A DNA stretch of 54,230 nucleotides, filler included, from Circinaria calcarea (Eukaryota), in the NCBI GenBank assembly GCA_051942165.1. It is 4 parts of 4 records of this genome, joined end to end, with 100 filler letters (N's around TTAATTAATTAA, not from the genome) between each part and the next. Parts side by side here need not be neighbours in the genome. Positions count along the whole stretch, not along the records: positions 1 to 13,499 come from JAVECS010000495.1; 3 more parts are not named here. One strand, 5' to 3'. The first letter of the stretch is position 1. Every line of letters starts with the position of its first letter. A program made the translations under genes and the position numbers. This document shows positions 1-12,737 of this stretch, piece by piece. The notes below the pieces were generated by a model. It made no database searches and was not told the DNA's origin. It worked only from the letters and a program-made list of their open reading frames with translations.

Positions 1-29
1 CAACAATCCCACCGAAAACCCCCTACCCC

Positions 30-3000
30 TCATCCCACATTCTCAAAGTAAAAGCTCGGATGACCCGGCACCGCCGCCTCAGCCGTAACCGGTAAGCCCT
101 CTCTCCTCTCCCCATCCTCTTCCGCTAGCACCACCCTCCCCGCCTTCCCTCCCTCCTCAACCGCCACTATATCCACAACCCGACACCCCGTCGTCCTTCT
201 CAGTCCGGCCGCCATCTCCTTGAGCGTCGCCACCTCATCAAAGGCCAACTTCCGCTCCAACACGACCTCCGCTTTCTCCCCGCCGGCCGTGAGGCGTTTC
301 TTCAGCCCTTGCACAAAAGGCATCGCCTTCTTCGCCTCGCCCATTTTGCCGACGGTGGCGACGAGTTCCTTGTCGTTGGCGAGGCGCGTCTTGGCGAATT
401 CCTCGCGGACGAGGTCGATGTATTTGTCCTGCCAGGCAGGGTATTTGGCCGCGGCGAAAATGGTGAGCCGTTTGGGGAGCTTGGGGTCGAAGGCGATGGT
501 TTTGCCCTTGTCTTTCTTTTTGAGCTGGGCGGCTTCGGCGGATGTGATGGCGGAAGTGGTGGCGCGGACGTAGTCGCGGGCTGCGGTGAGGGAAGGATTG
601 CACTCGGCGACGGTGGGCCAGAGGGCGTTCTGCACGGTATCGGGCTGGGTGAAAAAGGTTAGTAGGTGTGGAGTGAAAACTAGCGTTCAATCGAGGCGGG
701 TTGTTACCTTGTGAAGAACTTCTTGCCAGACAAAGTCTGCCCAATGGGGAGCGATTGGGGTGAGGAGTAGAGCCTGGAGCTCGACGTATCGGAAGACAAG
801 GTCCTTGTGCATGCCTACACCTGCAGCAGCGGTAGCCTCCCGATAGAAATCTCTTGCGCTTGTAAAATCGTACAAAGCTGACTTGAGGGCGAGCTTGTAA
901 TCAGTTCTGCTTCGATATTAGTTGAAAAACATAAGGTGGGTAAAGACTTCTTACGCCTCGTAATGTTCCCTGGCCTCGTTTACCAAGCCATTCATCTCAT
1001 TCTCGAATAGTTTGTCCCAGAAGCCGTCCGATGAACCTGTCCGTAAGGAGCTGTCATTGTCCTTCACAACTTCCTCTGTCCACTCCTTCAAGGTGTGTAG
1101 ACGAAGAATGCTACTGTTTGCCACTGCTTCTTCAAAGTTGGCATCTTCCACGCCATCACCCGCGTCTGCTAGTGCTACCCTTGTCGCATCGGCTCCATAT
1201 TTCTTCACAGCGTCGCTCAAGGTTAAGAAGTTACCGGTACTCTTTGCCATCTTCTCGCCATTCAAGAGCAAATGCCCGTTGGCACGTATCCCTCGTGGCC
1301 AGTATTCCCTTGGAAAAAGAGCCAAGTGCACGTAGAGAAAGAACGTAAGGTGGTTAGGTATAAGATCTTTCCCGGATATCCTCATATCTAACGGATACCA
1401 GTACTCGAATTCACGGCGCATCATTTCCAGATCAGATTGTTTGATTCCACCTTTTTCCACAATATCGGCACTTAGATCTCGCCTACAAAAGACATAATCC
1501 CATATCTCGTCAATCATCTGTACCGGCTTGATATCGAGTAGACCTTTGGTGCGACCGAAGATGTCGCCATGGAGAAAATGCGCAATGGTGTAGTATGACA
1601 TGTAAATCGTGCTGTCACTAAGACTCTCGACGAGAAATTTTCTATCCCAAGGTAGCTTGGAACCCAATCCGTAAGTCCTTGCGCACGCCCACCTATTCAA
1701 CCACTCAAGGTTCTTCTCGAATTGATTCCGCGTTTCCGATGTGTACGTCTCCAAATCACCTGCAACGTAGTCAAGAACTGTCTGGCGCCACTCTGGATCG
1801 TTTTCTCCGTAATTCAAAAACCACTGGCCCAAGTATGCTACGACACACTGATCCCCACTACGGCTGACAACGTGGCCGTTTGGTTCAGCATACTCGAAGG
1901 CTTGCCCGCTTCTGATTAAGGCATCTTTGACCTTTGGCTTAGCTGTCTCCACCGACTGTCCTTTGAAGTCACCGGTGAGCATGGTTCCCTTGTAGTAGCC
2001 CTCCTTATATGCAAGATCCTTGGCTTCTGCAAGTTGCTTGGCATCCTTTGGCGAGTTGATCTTCATTTTTTCAACGAGGAATTTAGCAGTAAGATTTCCA
2101 TAGGATGGCGTTTCAATGATAGGAAGTATTTCTAATTCCGCCCATTCCTTCTTGATCCCGTAATAATCTGCTTTCTTCGCAAGATCCTTGACTGTAGCAT
2201 AGTCATCAGGGCTATCGGAAGGGACAGATGTTACCACGCCAGTACCTTTGGTAGCTAAGACAGATTCCATTGGCAAAATGCGCACACCGCTAGTATGGAT
2301 CGATAGAGGAGCAATGACAAGGGTGCCGACTACCGCTGAACCAGATAGCTCAACAATAGGCTGAAGCTGGCTCTCATCTCTGGGAAAGCTATCACTTTTG
2401 AAAAAGGTGCCTTGGAAGGCCATGTTCCACGCAGCTCGTTTCGTAACGAAGTAGTACTCATTGTCCGTGACTTTGAAAATACCATACTTGATACTCGGTC
2501 CGACAAAACAGCAAGTCTGTCCATACATGGTCTCCGGCCGAAGGGTGGCAGGGACAAAGTAAACATTCGCTCCTGGAGGAATCTTCCCATTGATCCAGTC
2601 AGCAGCTTGTGGTGCCCACTCCTTGACCTTGAGTTTCAAAGCTGTGTAATCCTGCGGTACAACTCCTTCACCTTCCGTCCGATCGTGGTCCATACAGGGC
2701 TGGCCATCTTTGGGAGAGTAAACTGTGTATCTTACGCCATACTGAATCTTATCTAACTCCCGGAGATGGTTCATTTGCCAGCGTACAAAGGAATCGTAGT
2801 AAGGATTTGCATCAGTTGTGACGAAGGACCTCCTCCAATCGATTCGAGCCCCGAAGCTATTCAAGTCTGCTTGACACACTGGGGGAAAGAACTCGAGCCA
2901 GTGGTTTGGCTCTGCAAACTTATGAATCTCCTCCCTTGGTATTCCAAGTGCAAGCATGATTTGAAACTGGTACTTCAATTTCACTGCCTTTGCAGACGCC

Positions 3001-3604
3001 TTCCCTTTTTTAGAGGTAAACTTGGTAATGTCGTCCTTAGACGTATCTTGGGTGGGGGCTGGTATGAATCCATCTGTGTTGGTAGACTCATGCTCCTCAA
3101 ACCTCTCAAAGTTTTGACCAAACCGGGCTACATCATCCTTGAGCTTGTCGGCGCAGGCTTTTATTGGCATGCCAGTGCAATGGAAGCCTAACGGGAAAAG
3201 GGCACGCTTCCCCTGCATTCTAGCGAATCCAGCGGTGAATTCTACTTTCGATGCCGTGAAACTGTGTCCGGCATGCAATGTCCCATTCATGTAGGGGAAA
3301 GCGAAGCTACCAAAATATTTGGGGTACTTCTGTCGTAGCTCTGCTGGTGAAATGGACCGGGGGGGCACCTCCGTGGTTGTTGGCGCGTTCGCCTGGAAAA
3401 CACCCGATTTCTGCCATTGGGCTTGATATTTTTTCTCGATCTTAATAAGATGGTCTCGCTTCTCGGTCTATAATTCAATTCAGTCATTTAGCAATATATC
3501 CATTCTCTATATGCTCGGAGGCTCACATTCTCAAGTTTTCTAGTGTTTTTAGTGCTGTTATTAGGATCCAAAGGATCGTCGACCTCACTGGATTGGGTCG
3601 CCAT
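30..3604 (-). CDS. CDC60: Cytosolic leucyl-tRNA synthetase, 4 exons (3604-3527, 3467-955, 906-708, 644-30)
   Basis: PYMNGTLHAGH (HIGH motif), KMAKS (KMSKS motif), CP1 editing motifs ATLRPETMYGQT and GTGVVTSVPSDSPDD. GT-AG introns join the track ORFs in frame (MATQSSEV...KLEN|TEKRDHL; EA|TDYKLALK; LHK|PDTVQNALWP). Confidence 0.97.
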
Positions 3605-3913
3605 GATAGTCTGAGGTAAGTGGTTGAAGATGTTTTAAACCTACTCAAAGAGCATGAGAGGATAGACGTAGATGAGTCAATAGATATTAATGGTCCCCGG
3701 ACTATCAAACCCTACGACAGGGCTAAGCCAAGCTTTCTTCGGTCACTAGCTTTTCCGAGACCGAATACAGTGCGTGGAGGAAAAACGAGCACGAGGAGCT
3801 TTTCACATATATCACCATATCATATGAACATTAGTGATTCAGTGCAAGTATTATCACAAATTTACAAAGCCTTTAACGTGTATGCGGGAGGCGGATCTCA
3901 CTTATTTCTTTGC

Positions 3914-4419
3914 ATGAAACTCATGCCCGAGATGACTTCACCAATTGGGATGACGGCAAAAGTACCTCCCTTCAACGTAGACACCAATCCATACAAAGCG
4001 CAAAAGACATGGCCTCCGGACTTTTCAAAGATGGACCCAAAACACCAATTCCGCTTGGAACGCCGATATCGACGTAGATCAAAGCTAGCATGGACCCGGC
4101 CGCGGTGGAATAAAGCTGTCAAGCTCGCACAATGGGGAAGTGGCCTCTGTAAGTACATCGCAGAAAATGGACACTGTCTAGAGACACTTATCCTGTGCAA
4201 AACAGTTGTTCTGGGCTATAGTGTACTTTTCATGGACTGGGGAACTATGAATGCGCCATTTGGAGAAGTAGCTACATACTCCAATGGCAAGAGGCTCAGA
4301 AACTGATCATCGGGTAGGTTCGACAATGGGTTCGTGAGCGGGCAGAATCTGTTTGGACGGCAACCACTACACAACCGCAAAGGCCTAACTTAGGCAGGAT
4401 TCCTGATAAGCCAAAATAA
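3914..4419 (+). CDS. Small conserved fungal hypothetical protein with one hydrophobic segment, 3 exons (~3914-4148, 4206-4267, 4318-4419); start codon uncertain (3914-3950)
   Basis: NPYKAQKTWPPDFSKMDPKHQFRLERRYRRRSKLAWTRPRWNKAVKLAQW..FVLGYSVLFMDW...PFGEVRQW resembles a recurring Pezizomycotina family (recall). Canonical splice sites keep the frame to TAA at 4417-4419. Divergent from LeuRS. Confidence 0.7.
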
Positions 4420-5710
4420 GAGGCTCATTCTGCCAAAGACCTCGCAAACTTGAACTATAACTGTTGATGCTCATTCATGATATATCCGAGACCGATATGA
4501 TCTGAGTGGAGCGGAACAAGCAGAGGCCGAGGTTTCTCTCACTTTAGACGGAGGGTCTTTGAATAATCGCGTCTCTGATCTCCCTATCGAGTAACCCGAC
4601 TCATATGCCGCATGTCGTTTTTTGGACATCGAAATGCGTTTCAGGGATAGCCAGTTGGGATGAAGATTGTGCCTTTACCTTTCCACTGCGGCTCTCGACA
4701 TTGGCATGATGTCCAGGAACATTGCTTGCCGAGATATGAAGACTTACAGGGGTAAAGGTCCAGGGACCAGGTTAGTCGAGAGGTTAGTGATAAAGCCCTG
4801 GCTAAGGGTAGCAAGGCAAGGTATCTTTACAGCCGACTTGCCTGGTAGGGATTGAGCTGAAGGCAACATCGAGACATTACAAAGAGGATCTCTGTGTGCA
4901 GCTGTTGGCAAGTAGGATGCGGTTGGACGTCTACATATGATCTGCTCGGCCCATGTTTACCTATACGTTCTCAACTCTGATATGATGTACTACCGACCGG
5001 AATGAATAGATTACGCCCCAGCTGGCAGTTGGTTGATGCCTAATATAGACAGACGTCTGGATTTCTTAGGTAGAATTCTGTATTCACTCAATTGAATGGC
5101 CGAACCTATTGTCTTATCCAAGGCTCTTTTCAATGTAATTCTCTCGTGGCTGTACATTTGATTGAGATCTGACATAGAGAGTTGATTTGCGATCAGTCTA
5201 GGCGGAGATCTAGCTCGTACCCATCTTAACTTGATGCCCTCCTTAAGATACCTTATGTACCTGTACTTTCGGTTATCTACTATAGGCTACAGACAGGGGT
5301 GAGGACCCTTTTCGCCCTTTGATAGGCAAGTCCGATCTAAATACCGGGATCACGGAAATCATTAAGCGATCGTCCGGCATTTGTAACGCGCATCCTCAAT
5401 CCATAGTCCGACACGCCCTACGACACCACAGCAATTCCAAAGTCACCCTCGTCCCTCACTGCCAATTACCCCGGGATCCATGTTCGGGTAGAGATCTGAT
5501 TGGAGGCGTGCAGCAACCTGAGGATGCTTCCGTCCCCGGGCTAAAGAATTCAGAACCGGGCAGCGCGCATGTCGGGCGAAGGGTTGTGTGCAAGGTCTAC
5601 ATAGGTGCGGGTATACTACTGGCGCACAGGGGAACCGAGAGTCATCGCGTATCTAGATTGGATCAATCGACCTTCGTTCGATACGTCTGCAGGTCTATAA
5701 GCCTGCCGAG

Positions 5711-8700
5711 ATGCCCTGGCGGCCATTGCCTCGGATTGCATTCGCCGTTGCTATCTACCCCTTTCAGCCCTCTTCGCCAGCAGATCTGCCACTTGAGCTG
5801 GGGGATGAATTATACATAATCGAAGAAGGGGGACCTGACCGATCGTGGTATCGAGGATATCTGGTTGCCCCGCCTTCGCTATTGGCCGGTCTCACAAGTG
5901 TTAAGGGGCAGACTCTGGAAGCTAGGGTCTTCTCTGGGATCTTCCCCAAGAGATTCGTCGAGGTCCGCGAGGTACTGGGTGATACAGGCGCAGATGGCTC
6001 GAATCCGGAAGGAGACGGTATAGATGGCTCCTCAGAGAACACAAATAGGGGCATCGACAAGTCGTCGTTATCAGCGATGCATAACGACGCGTCTGGATCA
6101 AAGAGCAATGGAATAAGTTCCGTGAAGAGGAAACCATCTCGTTCACATGGCATTAAGACACAAAAGAGCAGCAAAAAGCGGAACGCCAGCCCACACCTTG
6201 TACAGAGAGGACCAGGGAACTCGGAGGAAAAAAGTGAGGAGCATGAGTCGCCATACCAATCAACAGCATCGTATAGGATAAATGGAGCTACACTTCCTTT
6301 AACGCCAGTTTCTATGAGTCCCAAAGAGACCAATGTCCCTCGGCCACCAGCCCCAGTCCCAATGTTGAAGATTGGAGACGAAACACCAACGTCGAGTTCA
6401 GAGCCATTGGTAGACGAGGTCGCTTCGTGCCTTCGAGAGTGGCACTCTACAAATCTGCACGAATTACTCCTCTCACGTCAGTACGATGTGCTGGATGAGC
6501 TGGCAGGCTTGTCTCACCAGGTCGACCTGGCTAGGAGACAGCTTCTTCATGGGGTTTTAACAGGACAGGAACTCACCAAACTCCGCGAAAAGACCGTATG
6601 GGATCTTGTGCGAGGAAACAAGATGCTTAGTGATGAGGTCATTGTACGTGATCCTAAGCAACGTGGCCGCCTTCTGACAGGAGATGATTCGATAATAGAA
6701 ATATGTCGACTACAGTCGACGATGAGTTTACTGAACGGTCCTCCTCTGTCCTTCCATGATCAGATCAACTTGTATCATCTCATGGTAGAGTTCGAGGGGC
6801 TTGGGAACCACGATATGCAATCTCACTCCCTTGTGCTGTACTTGTGCTCGAAGAGCTCTGGGGAGCCACCGAAGCCCTTGACAGAGGCTTTTACGATTGA
6901 AATTCCACCGCACGATCAATTCGAAAAAGCGAAGTCATCTGGAAAACTGAGGACTCTATTCACCGACCTAAGTCCAGGAGATATCGGGGAAACCTCTGGA
7001 TCGAACATTCAACTCTACCTCGTCATCAAAGTTCAGAGTAATGTGCTCGCCCAACAACCTGCTCCAGTGCCATCGAAAGCCACACCTACCAGAGAATTGC
7101 AATCTCCGAGCCCAAGCTTAGAGTCTAACGGTAGACTAGGCTCTTCAGCTAAAAAAGGAGGTAGGCGGAGCTTGATGTGGGCCCAAAGCAAATTTGGGGG
7201 TTCAAACCGTACTCGAGATCAACAAAGCCGAACGCTTGGCCAGTCATTCGGGAGTTTAGATTCTACTCCGTCTCTAGAATCTAGCAGTCGTCCAAACACC
7301 CCCAACCCACCACGGCCGCCAACACAACAAGGCCCACAGAACGTTAAGAAAGATATAGGCGTTGCTGTTTTACAGCTGAAACATATCTTTCATCATAACA
7401 GAGACTTGTATCAGACACTAACCGTGTGGTCATCAACCGGCACCAGTTCGGACGCTAGGGAAAAGGGAGATAAATGTGAAGAGCTAGTTCAGGATCTGAT
7501 CAGCAGTTCGACAGGTCGCTATGCACGATCAGGGAATGTGGACAGTGTTCACGTACGTCTGCGTTCATTCAACAGCCCAAACGCTGGCGCACTGATCACC
7601 AAGACACCTACGTTATTACACAATATCCCCGAAACATCAAAGATTGGCTTCTCTGGGGCTCCCACCAAAACCCGGTCAGACATATACCTTACCTTGGCAA
7701 ATGCATTCATACCAACCCACTCTTTATATGCACACCCTGAGCGCGGAAATGTTCCGCTTTCAACCAGTCTTGATATGCGTAACATCCAACTAACACTTGA
7801 GGTACGGAAAGGAACAGGCGAAAGAATAGAACATTGCATCTTTCCTTCTTCGAATTCCAACGGGCATACTGCTTGGCGAACCACGGTTGTGGAACGGGGA
7901 GAAGCTTGGAATCAAACTATAAAGCTTGTTATACCGAACGAAGATGTGCCAGATGCTCATCTGATCATGAGCATAGCTGATGCTCCTGGATTTCCGTTCG
8001 CGCTGAGCTGGATGCCACTCTGGGATCAGCAGGCGTTCATTAAAGATGGCATTCATAAGCCCTTACTCTACCTATATGATAAGATAACCTCGAAAACAGA
8101 GATGGGACGAGGTGCCTATCTGAGCTTCCCTTGGACTTCCACCCCCGATGTCGACATATCTAAAAACGACAAATCCGCAGGCTCTGTGTCGAGGTTGATC
8201 ATAAAGTCCTATCTCTGCAGTACAGTCTTCTCACAGAATCAAGTGCTTCTCGGCATTCTGAAGTGGCGAGAAAAGGCGGAAGTTCAGCTTCTGACGTTAC
8301 TCAAACAGTTAATCTTCGTACCAGAAATTGAGGTCGTCAAAGTCGTCAGCGACGTTTTTGATGCGTTGTTTGGTATTCTGGTGGAACGCTCTGGCAATGA
8401 TGAGTTCGAAGACTTGGTGTTCAATGCCTTGGTGACAGTCTTGGGAATTGTTCATGATCGTCGCTTCAACCTGGGTCCTCTTGTTAAGGAGTATGCCGAA
8501 AACCGATTCAGTCATCCCTTTGCTACCCCTTGCTTAATCAGGAGCTATCTTCGTTTGATATGTCACCCCGCAGAATCTCGGAATTCGCGAAACTTACGTG
8601 CAACCTTTAAGGTCGGTCGTCAAATCCTCAAATTTATCATCGAGGCCCGTAAACAGCAGAAAATCAAAGAAGCCGGTATTGGCATTACGTCGACCCAATC

Positions 8701-11700
8701 ATCATTCAACCGTGAAATTCGAAGTATCTTCGTGGCTCTCGAATCCCTGATGAAGGATCCTTCGCCAAGCACCATCGGTAGTAAGACACTTGTTGTGCAA
8801 CATATCCATACGTGGCTCTCGGAGCTAAGTGAATGCTTTGCTCAGGAGGAGGTAACAGAAGTCATCAGCAGCTTTCTAGATGCCTGTTCTGATGTAAGCG
8901 GAAAGCTCATATTGCACAAACTCATCTTAATATTACATCTTTCCCGAACCATGGTTGTTGAACCTAGCGACCACCGTCAAGAGTTTGATAGAAAGATTGC
9001 AGATTGGATTGCACCTTATTGGGGATCAACAGACGAAATTACAGAGCAATGGCGAGAACAAATCCGCTTGTGCTGCTCGATCGTCACTTCGCAAACGAGC
9101 GTCAGTGGCTCTCACACGTTCGGTTATTTTATCAAAACTGTTCAAACTTATCAATGTCTCCAGTTGGCTGTTCAACCGCCAAAACGGAACCTTTCATTGC
9201 TGTTCCCTGAGTCGTATCCGTTTCCCTCCAAACCTACCTCAAAGGAGGTAGCATTTGACGAGAACCTCATTGAGCTAGGCGCTCTTCTGGCCTATCTTCT
9301 CGATAATATGGCAGTCGAGAACTTCAGAATCCAAGGATCTGAGTTGGCAAATCTGCTATCTGCGGTATTGCAAGTCGATATGTCAATACTAGACGGTGAG
9401 GGTTTCCCAAGCTCATGGTTGACGTTACATGTGTATCATCACCGAACGATCTACTACATGCTTGAGAATATCTTCTCGATCGTGATGGACAGATTCCTTC
9501 CTTCTCCAGATGATGCCGTTCAGTTTAACACAGAACTGTGGAGGACCTACTTTACCGCTTTGCTTAAGCTGGTCCGTAGCCAGGCTCTTGCCCTGGAGAC
9601 ATTTCCGGAGCAGAAGCGCCGAGCTGTATGGAAGATAGCCGGAGATGTACGAGAGCAAGGTGCGGATCTTCTGCAGCGAAGCTGGGACGCTATTGGCTGG
9701 GAGACCAGTACAACAGAGCAAAGCCAGTATGGTCTCTACCGCCTCGGTGGATACCAAGTCCAATACGTTCCGGGCTTTGTCGCGCCGATAATGGAACTTT
9801 GCCTAAGTGTGCATGAAGGTCTGCGGAGAGTTGCTGTTGGTATAGTGCAGTCGATGATCGTGAGTGAATGGGAACTAAATGAGAATCTTTCGGTGATTCA
9901 AGCAGAGATGATTGAATGTCTAGACCAACTATTCAAGTCAAGGGATATCGCCGAAAGCGCTCAACAGAAATTGTTCATGGAAGAGTTGCTAAGCCTATTT
10001 GAACCTATCCTACATTCACCAGATAATCACCTATCGAGTGCTCTGAAGGTATTGTTGTCTACAATTGAAGATCTAATAGATCTACTCGTAGATGTCCACG
10101 CCGTGGATGCAATGGAGGCATCACAGATTATGAGTACTCTTCGGCTGATGGATTTCTTGAAAGATGTGAACAAGGAGAATATCTTCATACGATATGTTCA
10201 TCAACTTTCAGAGCTCCAAGCACAATCTCGGAATGCCACCGAGGCTGGCTTGGCATTGCGCCTGCACGCAGACCTGTACAGCTGGGACCCTACTCTAATC
10301 GTGCCATCCACATCAAATCCCGATTTCCCTGAGCAATCCGCATTTGACCGCAAGGAGTGTCTATACTTCGAAATGATCAAATTTTTCGAAGAAGGAACAG
10401 CGTGGAACTGTGCATTAGCTAGCTATCACGAGATTGCGGCTCAATACGAGAAATCTGTCTTCGACTTTGCTAAGCTGGCAAGAACCCAACGATCTATGGC
10501 CACGATATACGAAACAATCGCCAGAGGCGAAGATAAGCCTCCAAGGTACTTCCGGGTGATCTACCGTGGCCTGGGGTTTCCGCCTAGTCTGCGGGATAAG
10601 CAGTTCATATATCAAGGTAGTGGCCTAGAACGTTTAGCTACATTTACCGATCGTTTGTTGCAGCAACATCCGACTGCGCAGGTCGTCCCCATGGGATATA
10701 TTGACAATGTTGAAGGGCAATTCCTTCAGATAGCCCCTGTCAATCCCCTGCGAGATCTAAAGCATCCAGTTTACCAGCGTACCAAGGTTCCTCAACCGAT
10801 CCGTGAATTTCTGCTATCTTCAGAACCCATTCAATTCGCCATCACCTCCCGACGACACTCACCAAAATCTGGTCTGAAAGACCAGTGGGTTGAGAAAACC
10901 GTCTACACCACCGTAGAGTCCTTTCCAAACATCCTACGCAGGAGTGAGATTGTTTCCATAGATATTGTACCACTATCACCGCTGCAAACCGCTGTTGAGA
11001 GAACTACTAGGAAGACTTCGGAACTAATAACCTTGGAGAAAAGTATCGCAGATGGCAACGAAATGTCATTTTCCACCCTAACAGATGCTATTAGAGCATC
11101 TGTGGACCCATCATCCGCGACAAGCGTTGCTCAGTATCGCGACCTCCTACCCGAGCCCATACATAGCGATGATGAAGATAGCATTGCCTTAGAAGCCACA
11201 CCTAAACCTCTGGAGATTGCACTCAAGGCCGCTCTTCTCGATCATGCCACTAAACTAAGACACTGCATAGCCCTTTACTCACGGCCTGCTTATGAGGCTA
11301 CTCAGTTTGTCTTTGCCTCTCAACTCTCTTCAACCTTCGCACCAGAGGTTGCATTGTTAGCGTCGCCTTCGCGTCCACGACTTACATCTCTACAAGGAGC
11401 GTCGTGGCTTCCCCAACCACATATCACTCCGTCGTCGAACTCTTTTCGCTATCCTTCGTTCACCGTCCCCAACGCTCCCCCTTCCTTAACCAATGGCAAC
11501 CATCACTCTAATACACCATCCCAAAGGTCACGAATTACTACCTCGACACCCGAAGCACAGTCCCAATCCCCCGGTTCTCGCAATCGCTTCCGTTTGAGCT
11601 TCCTCAAACGTAACAACATCGTCGATTCGCAAGCCAGCACAAATGGCGTTTCATCGACTGCAAATCATCTTCAGCCACCTGACGAAGATTCATATTCCAT

Positions 11701-11977
11701 TTTCTCTAATCAATCCAAGAGTAAACCGCATCAAAACAGTCATGTTTCCTGGAGAAGCTCAGAAGCTGATGATGCTCCGAATGAATCAGCAACGAACGGT
11801 AGCGGAAGGAAAATATCTGATTCACGACCTTTCACTTCCACGTCATCCGTGGGGACAGCCGCAACAGCAAGTACCGGGGAAAGAGGGGTAGCTGCCACAA
11901 AAAGGTTTAGTATGCTAGGTATTGGAAAGAAGGAAAACTTTAAGGCAGGGGGGGTGGATAGTGTTAGGGAGGAATGA
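5711..11977 (+). CDS. DCK1: DOCK180-family Rac/Cdc42 GEF (SH3, C2/DHR-1, DHR-2), single exon, 2088 aa
   Basis: N-terminal SH3 (AVAIYPFQP..LPLELGDELYIIEE..WYRGY), C2/DHR-1 (RSDIYLTL..RNIQLTLEV), DHR-2 (YFRVIYRGLGFPPSLRDKQFIY..WVEKTVYTT.ESFPNILRRSEI). Confidence 0.95.
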   Translation: MPWRPLPRIAFAVAIYPFQPSSPADLPLELGDELYIIEEGGPDRSWYRGYLVAPPSLLAGLTSVKGQTLEARVFSGIFPKRFVEVREVLGDTGADGSNPEGDGIDGSSENTNRGIDKSSLSAMHNDASGSKSNGISSVKRKPSRSHGIKTQKSSKKRNASPHLVQRGPGNSEEKSEEHESPYQSTASYRINGATLPLTPVSMSPKETNVPRPPAPVPMLKIGDETPTSSSEPLVDEVASCLREWHSTNLHELLLSRQYDVLDELAGLSHQVDLARRQLLHGVLTGQELTKLREKTVWDLVRGNKMLSDEVIVRDPKQRGRLLTGDDSIIEICRLQSTMSLLNGPPLSFHDQINLYHLMVEFEGLGNHDMQSHSLVLYLCSKSSGEPPKPLTEAFTIEIPPHDQFEKAKSSGKLRTLFTDLSPGDIGETSGSNIQLYLVIKVQSNVLAQQPAPVPSKATPTRELQSPSPSLESNGRLGSSAKKGGRRSLMWAQSKFGGSNRTRDQQSRTLGQSFGSLDSTPSLESSSRPNTPNPPRPPTQQGPQNVKKDIGVAVLQLKHIFHHNRDLYQTLTVWSSTGTSSDAREKGDKCEELVQDLISSSTGRYARSGNVDSVHVRLRSFNSPNAGALITKTPTLLHNIPETSKIGFSGAPTKTRSDIYLTLANAFIPTHSLYAHPERGNVPLSTSLDMRNIQLTLEVRKGTGERIEHCIFPSSNSNGHTAWRTTVVERGEAWNQTIKLVIPNEDVPDAHLIMSIADAPGFPFALSWMPLWDQQAFIKDGIHKPLLYLYDKITSKTEMGRGAYLSFPWTSTPDVDISKNDKSAGSVSRLIIKSYLCSTVFSQNQVLLGILKWREKAEVQLLTLLKQLIFVPEIEVVKVVSDVFDALFGILVERSGNDEFEDLVFNALVTVLGIVHDRRFNLGPLVKEYAENRFSHPFATPCLIRSYLRLICHPAESRNSRNLRATFKVGRQILKFIIEARKQQKIKEAGIGITSTQSSFNREIRSIFVALESLMKDPSPSTIGSKTLVVQHIHTWLSELSECFAQEEVTEVISSFLDACSDVSGKLILHKLILILHLSRTMVVEPSDHRQEFDRKIADWIAPYWGSTDEITEQWREQIRLCCSIVTSQTSVSGSHTFGYFIKTVQTYQCLQLAVQPPKRNLSLLFPESYPFPSKPTSKEVAFDENLIELGALLAYLLDNMAVENFRIQGSELANLLSAVLQVDMSILDGEGFPSSWLTLHVYHHRTIYYMLENIFSIVMDRFLPSPDDAVQFNTELWRTYFTALLKLVRSQALALETFPEQKRRAVWKIAGDVREQGADLLQRSWDAIGWETSTTEQSQYGLYRLGGYQVQYVPGFVAPIMELCLSVHEGLRRVAVGIVQSMIVSEWELNENLSVIQAEMIECLDQLFKSRDIAESAQQKLFMEELLSLFEPILHSPDNHLSSALKVLLSTIEDLIDLLVDVHAVDAMEASQIMSTLRLMDFLKDVNKENIFIRYVHQLSELQAQSRNATEAGLALRLHADLYSWDPTLIVPSTSNPDFPEQSAFDRKECLYFEMIKFFEEGTAWNCALASYHEIAAQYEKSVFDFAKLARTQRSMATIYETIARGEDKPPRYFRVIYRGLGFPPSLRDKQFIYQGSGLERLATFTDRLLQQHPTAQVVPMGYIDNVEGQFLQIAPVNPLRDLKHPVYQRTKVPQPIREFLLSSEPIQFAITSRRHSPKSGLKDQWVEKTVYTTVESFPNILRRSEIVSIDIVPLSPLQTAVERTTRKTSELITLEKSIADGNEMSFSTLTDAIRASVDPSSATSVAQYRDLLPEPIHSDDEDSIALEATPKPLEIALKAALLDHATKLRHCIALYSRPAYEATQFVFASQLSSTFAPEVALLASPSRPRLTSLQGASWLPQPHITPSSNSFRYPSFTVPNAPPSLTNGNHHSNTPSQRSRITTSTPEAQSQSPGSRNRFRLSFLKRNNIVDSQASTNGVSSTANHLQPPDEDSYSIFSNQSKSKPHQNSHVSWRSSEADDAPNESATNGSGRKISDSRPFTSTSSVGTAATASTGERGVAATKRFSMLGIGKKENFKAGGVDSVREE

Positions 11978-12737
11978 CTTATTACGTACATACATGAATA
12001 AGGCGCTGGAGTAAGATTGGATAGGCCAGGGCCGGTTGGAAAAACTGTGACCGTGTGGGATTGGATACCTCGGAAGAGCAGGGTACCTTTTGTTTGATAG
12101 GTTAGCAGTTGGGTTTTTTTTAAGTTACTTGCTACTCAGCGCTTCAGCGATTCCACCTCTCTCAGAAGCCATCGAGCTTCCAAGTATCACCTTAGGGTTT
12201 TAAGACCAACACTACATGCGGACAATATTCGAATATTCTAAATTGAAAGGTCATTCAGACAGTAATCTAACCACCACTAATACCTTTCAGCTAGCCATAC
12301 TGTTTCCTGTGGTCATAGCATAATAAGTGTTCGCGCGGTTTCCTTGCAATATTTATAAAAAGCCCAAACAATCTATATTTATGCCAAAAATGGAACAGGT
12401 ACCGAGGATACCATCGATATTAGAACTTCTTTTTCTAAAACTTCTTGGGGCCTTCGTTGGCTCCACAGGGATGGGTCGAAATCCGCGCTAACGTTATAGT
12501 GCCTACGAACACAGTAAGCCCTCTAATGCGCGGTTCAGTAATAGGCCTAGGGCTCTGAGTAAACACATCCGGCTTCGTAAGCGAATTGCGCTTTTGCATT
12601 GGTTAGACCACCTCCACAGCAACCGCAATTACACACATTTGCCAAAGTATACGTTCACGATGTAATTACGCAACTTTGAGTCAGACTCATAACACCCATC
12701 ATCCTTCACACGGCCCTAGCGAGTACACCCCAACACA

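Noticed and set aside
3620..3913. N-terminal extension of the 228-aa ORF
   Set aside because: Begins at GTG immediately beside the divergent LeuRS start and would leave no promoter. The conserved-looking sequence starts only near 3950.
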